Virus record (IMG/VR): IMGVR_UViG_3300033067_000363
Coordinates: 1-27,588 of that record
DNA length: 27,588 nt
Source of the DNA: a virus
Taxonomy: Duplodnaviria; Caudoviricetes
Direction: 5' to 3' (one strand)
Part shown: positions 24,287 through 27,588 of the stretch, piece after piece
Layout: every line of letters begins with the position of its first letter
Numbering within the stretch: position 1 is the stretch's first letter
Program-made: the position numbers and the translations under genes
The notes under the pieces: model-generated
Databases searched by the model: none
The model's input: the letters and a program-made list of their open reading frames with translations, nothing else
What the model was told of the DNA's origin: nothing

Positions 24287-24323
24287 ATAACCGTTTAAAA
24301 CCCTTAGTCTCTTCACCTACGGT

Positions 24324-24518
24324 TCAGAAACCGTGAGAATCATCCCATTCATAGTGAATCTGCGCTGCAGTACGTCCACTAGGGTTTCTTAGAATCTCGA
24401 AATCAACTTCGGATTCTGAATCTACTTCATTCAATACTACGCTTGAGCAATCTTCGCACTCATAACCTTGGTTAAATGCATTTTGCTTAAAGTATTGACT
24501 GCACACGATACATTTCAT
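24324..24518 (-). CDS. Small acidic Zn-finger protein
   Basis: CIVC...CEDC pair followed by an acidic tail. Confidence 0.7.
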   Translation of the reverse strand: MKCIVCSQYFKQNAFNQGYECEDCSSVVLNEVDSESEVDFEILRNPSGRTAAQIHYEWDDSHGF

Positions 24519-24733
24519 GTTGTCTCGTTTCTTTTAGTTATTGTTCAATGTTAGTGCTGGTTACTTATCCAGCTTTCAGCTAGGTAACCTTGAAAGGAGT
24601 TTAGAAAGAGGTTACGAAACAGAAAAGGTTATTGTCGTAATAGTCTTTCAATGGGAATATGCGTAGCAGGGTATGTTCGCTTAATGAACATATTTACTAA
24701 TGCTTTAAATTGAAATTTACTACAACAGAGTTA

Positions 24734-24762
24734 ATTATATCATAACTTTCCTGAAATATCAA
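24734..24762 (-). promoter_or_regulatory. sigma70-type promoter heading the tRNA array
   Basis: TTGATA-17 nt-TATAAT, -10 preceded by TGA. Confidence 0.85.
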
Positions 24763-24818
24763 GTGCAATTCAATAAATATTACAATTATCAATCAAATAC
24801 ACCTATGTATTTTCCCTT

Positions 24819-25331
24819 TTAGTCAAATACACAATACCTACTTAATATTTTAGCATATTTCAATTGCAGCTTTACATACATCCTACGTACTACTACAATA
24901 TCTTGTATAACAAGTACTCTATCTTTACCATCTTCTCTCCAACACAATGTGTACGAGAACATATCTTGATGGTGAGGTACAATTTTCAAAGCTCCAGCTA
25001 AGTTGCGTTGTGCCTCTTTGACGGTATTATTTACTTTTCTAGATACAAGTCTAAGATTTTGTAAACGGTAGTCACTGAAGTCCAAGTTTCTGTGTAAGAC
25101 CACTTTATCTTTAGGTACAACTAACGCATTGCCTAATTCGATAGCTACTCTGTTAGCTTTTAACTTGTACTTCTTACCTTTCTTATAGAAGATTAAGTAC
25201 CCATCATCATCAGGAAATATCTTACGGTAAGGTTTGTTGTCTTTCAGGATGTAGAAAGTACCATCTAACGGTGAATAGTTTAAAATGTCATTTAGCATAA
25301 CTGCAGTTGCCTCTTTAAGTTTCAGGTACAA
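24819..25331 (-). CDS. Degenerate HNH endonuclease-like protein (start may be ATG 25298)
   Basis: LNYSPLDGTF...DGYL...ANRVA...VVLHRNLDFSDYRLQNLRLVS resembles phage HNH_3-type proteins with altered consensus residues. Confidence 0.65.
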   Translation of the reverse strand: MYLKLKEATAVMLNDILNYSPLDGTFYILKDNKPYRKIFPDDDGYLIFYKKGKKYKLKANRVAIELGNALVVPKDKVVLHRNLDFSDYRLQNLRLVSRKVNNTVKEAQRNLAGALKIVPHHQDMFSYTLCWREDGKDRVLVIQDIVVVRRMYVKLQLKYAKILSRYCVFD

Positions 25332-25503
25332 GTAATATACGTTTTATTGACGTTAGTTTAGGTTGACAGTCGTATTGCTGTAATGTTGTATTTAAACAAC
25401 AAACAAGCCTACAAACTATAAATAACATTTCAACTAAATAGCTGAAGTTTTAACTGCCGTATATGTATAGTTATATAGTATTGTAAGTTAGTCTTGTTAC
25501 GGC

Positions 25504-25565
25504 ATAAAATTTTTACCGTCTAAGTATAAAATTTTTACCGCTACGGGTATAATTTTTTTACCGTC
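25504..25565. repeat. Three 17-bp direct repeats (iteron-like), candidate replication origin
   Basis: ATAAAATTTTTACCGTC (25504), ATAAAATTTTTACCGCT (25526), ATAATTTTTTTACCGTC (25549); spacing 22 and 23 bp. Confidence 0.85.
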
Positions 25566-25950
25566 AGAAGGGTTCGTTATCGTTATACACTCTTTCAACT
25601 TTAGCTGAACCTGATCTGTAGACAGAGTAAAAATCCTTAACTTTATAACTGTAAGAAGTAACAGGGCTATTTGAACCTTCAACTCGTTTCTTAAATATCT
25701 CTAGAAGTCCTACAGTCTCCAACTTCTTGATGCAATTGCTAACGGTCATCTTAGTCATACCTAGCTCATCAGCAATCTCCTGCATGTTTTCGTGATACAC
25801 CTTCTGTTGTCTACTAAAGTAAACATATTTATCTAACATGTGAGCATACACTAACTTAGCATTAGCTGTTAAGTCAGTTCTACGCTTCAATGAATTAGAT
25901 ACACGCATCCACGTATGTTGCGGTTCTGTTGGTTTTACTTCAGGTTGCAC
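25564..25950 (-). CDS. Winged-HTH protein, putative replication initiator
   Basis: LTANAKLVY...MQEIADELGMTKMTVSNCIKKLETVGLL; start revised to GTG 25950 (AAGGAG 5 nt upstream). Confidence 0.75.
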   Translation of the reverse strand: MQPEVKPTEPQHTWMRVSNSLKRRTDLTANAKLVYAHMLDKYVYFSRQQKVYHENMQEIADELGMTKMTVSNCIKKLETVGLLEIFKKRVEGSNSPVTSYSYKVKDFYSVYRSGSAKVERVYNDNEPF

Positions 25951-25975
25951 AATTACTCCTTTATACGACTCCAAT

Positions 25976-26004
25976 ATGCTATCACAAGTTTTTGTATTTG
26001 TCAA
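25976..26004 (-). promoter_or_regulatory. sigma70-type promoter for the HTH gene
   Basis: TTGACA-17 nt-TAGCAT, -10 preceded by TGA. Confidence 0.7.
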
Positions 26005-26031
26005 GTTTTAACTAAAAATATTTTACAAGCC

Positions 26032-26060
26032 TTGATTATAACATGAAACTATGCTATAAT
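26032..26060 (+). promoter_or_regulatory. Divergent sigma70-type promoter
   Basis: TTGATT-17 nt-TATAAT, -10 preceded by TGC. Confidence 0.8.
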
Positions 26061-26091
26061 AAATCTTTATCAACCCTTAAAAGGAGTATAC

Positions 26092-26427
26092 ATGACAAAT
26101 GTTAAACGAATCGAATCCTACGGCCTCTATGATTTCTGCCAAGACGTTCAAGCAGCGTTGCAAGAAGGATATGTCTTTGATTTTGATACAAATGAAAACT
26201 TTCCTACGGCTTATGGCACTATGCTTACTTGCGGTCTTGTTAAGCCTAACGAAAATGTAGAAGTAGTAGAGACTGAGACTGAGATTGTATCTCAAGATGA
26301 ACAAACTACTGAAATTGTACAAGATGTTGAACAAGTAGTAACTGAAGTTGAAGCTGTAGTTACAGAAGTTGAGGAAGTATCCGAATCAGAACCAGCTAAA
26401 CGTGGTCCTAAACCAAAAGCTAAGTAA
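26092..26427 (+). CDS. Acidic hypothetical protein with basic C-terminal tail
   Basis: AAGGAG RBS; Glu/Val/Thr-rich repeats; ends KRGPKPKAK. Confidence 0.85.
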   Translation: MTNVKRIESYGLYDFCQDVQAALQEGYVFDFDTNENFPTAYGTMLTCGLVKPNENVEVVETETEIVSQDEQTTEIVQDVEQVVTEVEAVVTEVEEVSESEPAKRGPKPKAK

Positions 26428-26432
26428 ACGAT

Positions 26433-26454
26433 AGGCCCATTACGGGCCTTTCTT
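26433..26454 (+). terminator. Rho-independent terminator
   Basis: AGGCCC-ATTAC-GGGCCT-TTCTT. Confidence 0.75.
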
Positions 26455-26472
26455 ATTTCAACTAGGAGGTAT

Positions 26473-27258
26473 ATGAAAAGAAATCAAAAAGTTGCAGCAC
26501 AACGTATTCAAAAAGAAAAGTTCCAGCGCCAGCAATTCCCTGTGCTGTTACCAATGAATGCAAAGCAGACAGAGTTACTAGAAGCTTTAAAGTACAATAC
26601 ACTTGTGGTAGCTCGTGGTAGTGCTGGTACAGGTAAGACCCTCCTTGCAATTTGGCATGCAGCTAAGAAGTTGCACTTTGCAGATATTAAGAAAGTAGTA
26701 TTAATTAGAGCTTATCAACCATTGGCTGGTAGGTCTATTGGTTTTCTTCCGGGGACTGCGGAGGAAAAACTACTCCCTTTCTATCAACAAATGATTGACT
26801 ACTTCGAAGACTATCTAGGTAAAGCTACTACTGAGATTCATCTTAAGAACAAAACTATCGAGATCTGTAGCTTAGAAACCATCCGTGGTCGTAGCTGGAA
26901 CGATAGCATTATCATTGTAGATGAAAGCCAGAACTTATACGTTCCAGAGATCCAAGCCTTGACTACTCGTGTAGGTGAAAGCTCTCAGATTATCTTCTGT
27001 GGTGACAATACTGGTCCACAAACAGACGTAAAGAAGGGCATGGACGGTTTAACCTACCTTGAAAAGATTTGTAAGAAATACAATATTGACGACTGCAGTT
27101 TTACTACCTTTACTCGTGAAGATGTAGTACGTAGTGGATTAACTAAAGAATTCGTAATAGCTTTTGAAGATGAACTATTAGCTGAAGTTGATGGTACAGC
27201 CGTAATTCAGGAAACAACAAAGGAGAAAGTTAATGCGAGACAAGCTAAAAAAGTTTAA
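26473..27258 (+). CDS. phoH: PhoH-family ATPase
   Basis: GSAGTGKT, IGFLPG, IRGRSW, IIVDESQN, LTTRVG, DVVRSG motifs. Confidence 0.96.
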   Translation: MKRNQKVAAQRIQKEKFQRQQFPVLLPMNAKQTELLEALKYNTLVVARGSAGTGKTLLAIWHAAKKLHFADIKKVVLIRAYQPLAGRSIGFLPGTAEEKLLPFYQQMIDYFEDYLGKATTEIHLKNKTIEICSLETIRGRSWNDSIIIVDESQNLYVPEIQALTTRVGESSQIIFCGDNTGPQTDVKKGMDGLTYLEKICKKYNIDDCSFTTFTREDVVRSGLTKEFVIAFEDELLAEVDGTAVIQETTKEKVNARQAKKV

Positions 27259-27588
27259 AGATTTAAACCCTGTATATATTAAATTGGATGATGACGATGA
27301 CGATAATTCTAACAATCTGCTTGCTAATCAGTATTTACCTTATTTCCAAAGTACACAAGTTAATCGTTGCATCAAAGCATTTATTGACGAAGGCGTAAGA
27401 GAAGCTAAATACTATCGGAATCTTATTCATACTATTGATAGTCTAAGTGAAGATGATATTTTATGGTTAAGTATTAATACTTACGGAGGTCATTTAGATG
27501 GAGCTATTGCAATTATCAATGCAATTCAAAACACCAGTGCTAATGTACATTGTCATATCGATGGTATCGCTGCTAGTGCAGGTAGCCT
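27233..27588 (+). CDS. ClpP-like protease, 3'-truncated by the window edge (not in ORF track)
   Basis: AAGGAG RBS, ATG 27233; MRDKLKK...LSINTYGGHLDGAIAIINAI...IDGIAASAGS includes the ClpP catalytic-Ser motif. Confidence 0.88.
   Translation, partial: MRDKLKKFKDLNPVYIKLDDDDDDNSNNLLANQYLPYFQSTQVNRCIKAFIDEGVREAKYYRNLIHTIDSLSEDDILWLSINTYGGHLDGAIAIINAIQNTSANVHCHIDGIAASAGS

Noticed and set aside
25504-25565. CRISPR mini-array
   Set aside because: Spacers are only 5-6 nt and repeats 17 nt; no cas genes
25951-26004. Annotated TTG start of the HTH gene at 26004
   Set aside because: That TTG is the -35 box of a promoter; GTG 25950 has a strong RBS
487-26650. Short antisense or overlapping ORFs in the track (e.g. 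487..699, 2674..2922, 4471..4731, 8529..8822, 22987..23217, 23489..23686, 26077..26334)
   Set aside because: They lie over well-supported genes or tRNAs, with no recognisable motifs; treated as shadow ORFs
26473-27588. phoH and ClpP-like genes as novel auxiliary genes
   Set aside because: Both are commonly found in larger lytic phages; nothing unusual is visible here

Overview
AT-rich segment of a tailed dsDNA phage genome, probably a siphovirus (long tape measure protein, tail tube, no sheath in the window). It uses standard code 11 and host sigma70-type promoters. The minus strand, read right to left, carries an HTH replication-initiator-like gene with iteron-like repeats, a degenerate HNH, a small Zn-finger gene, an array of 13 tRNAs interrupted by an EndoVII-type endonuclease and structured non-tRNA spacers, and three membrane/lysis-like genes. 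These are followed by TerS, TerL, portal, ChaB-like and fibre-like genes, an XkdF-type prohead protease, scaffold, decoration protein, lambda-E-type major capsid, neck genes, tail tube, tail chaperones, tape measure and tail-tip genes. The plus strand at the right end has an acidic protein, PhoH and a partial ClpP-like gene. The most notable items are: a 41-nt CCA-ended mini-RNA with the full alanine identity set (G3.U70, A73) inside the tRNA array; several non-canonical tRNAs (8/4 Ser, long-arm Thr, Tyr with a remodelled elbow); a Peptidase_S74-like self-cleaving chaperone domain inside the tape measure protein; a tail-chaperone frameshift that must be +1 or -2 rather than -1; and several structured intergenic RNA candidates. 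All family calls come from motif recognition by eye; no searches or folding programs were run.
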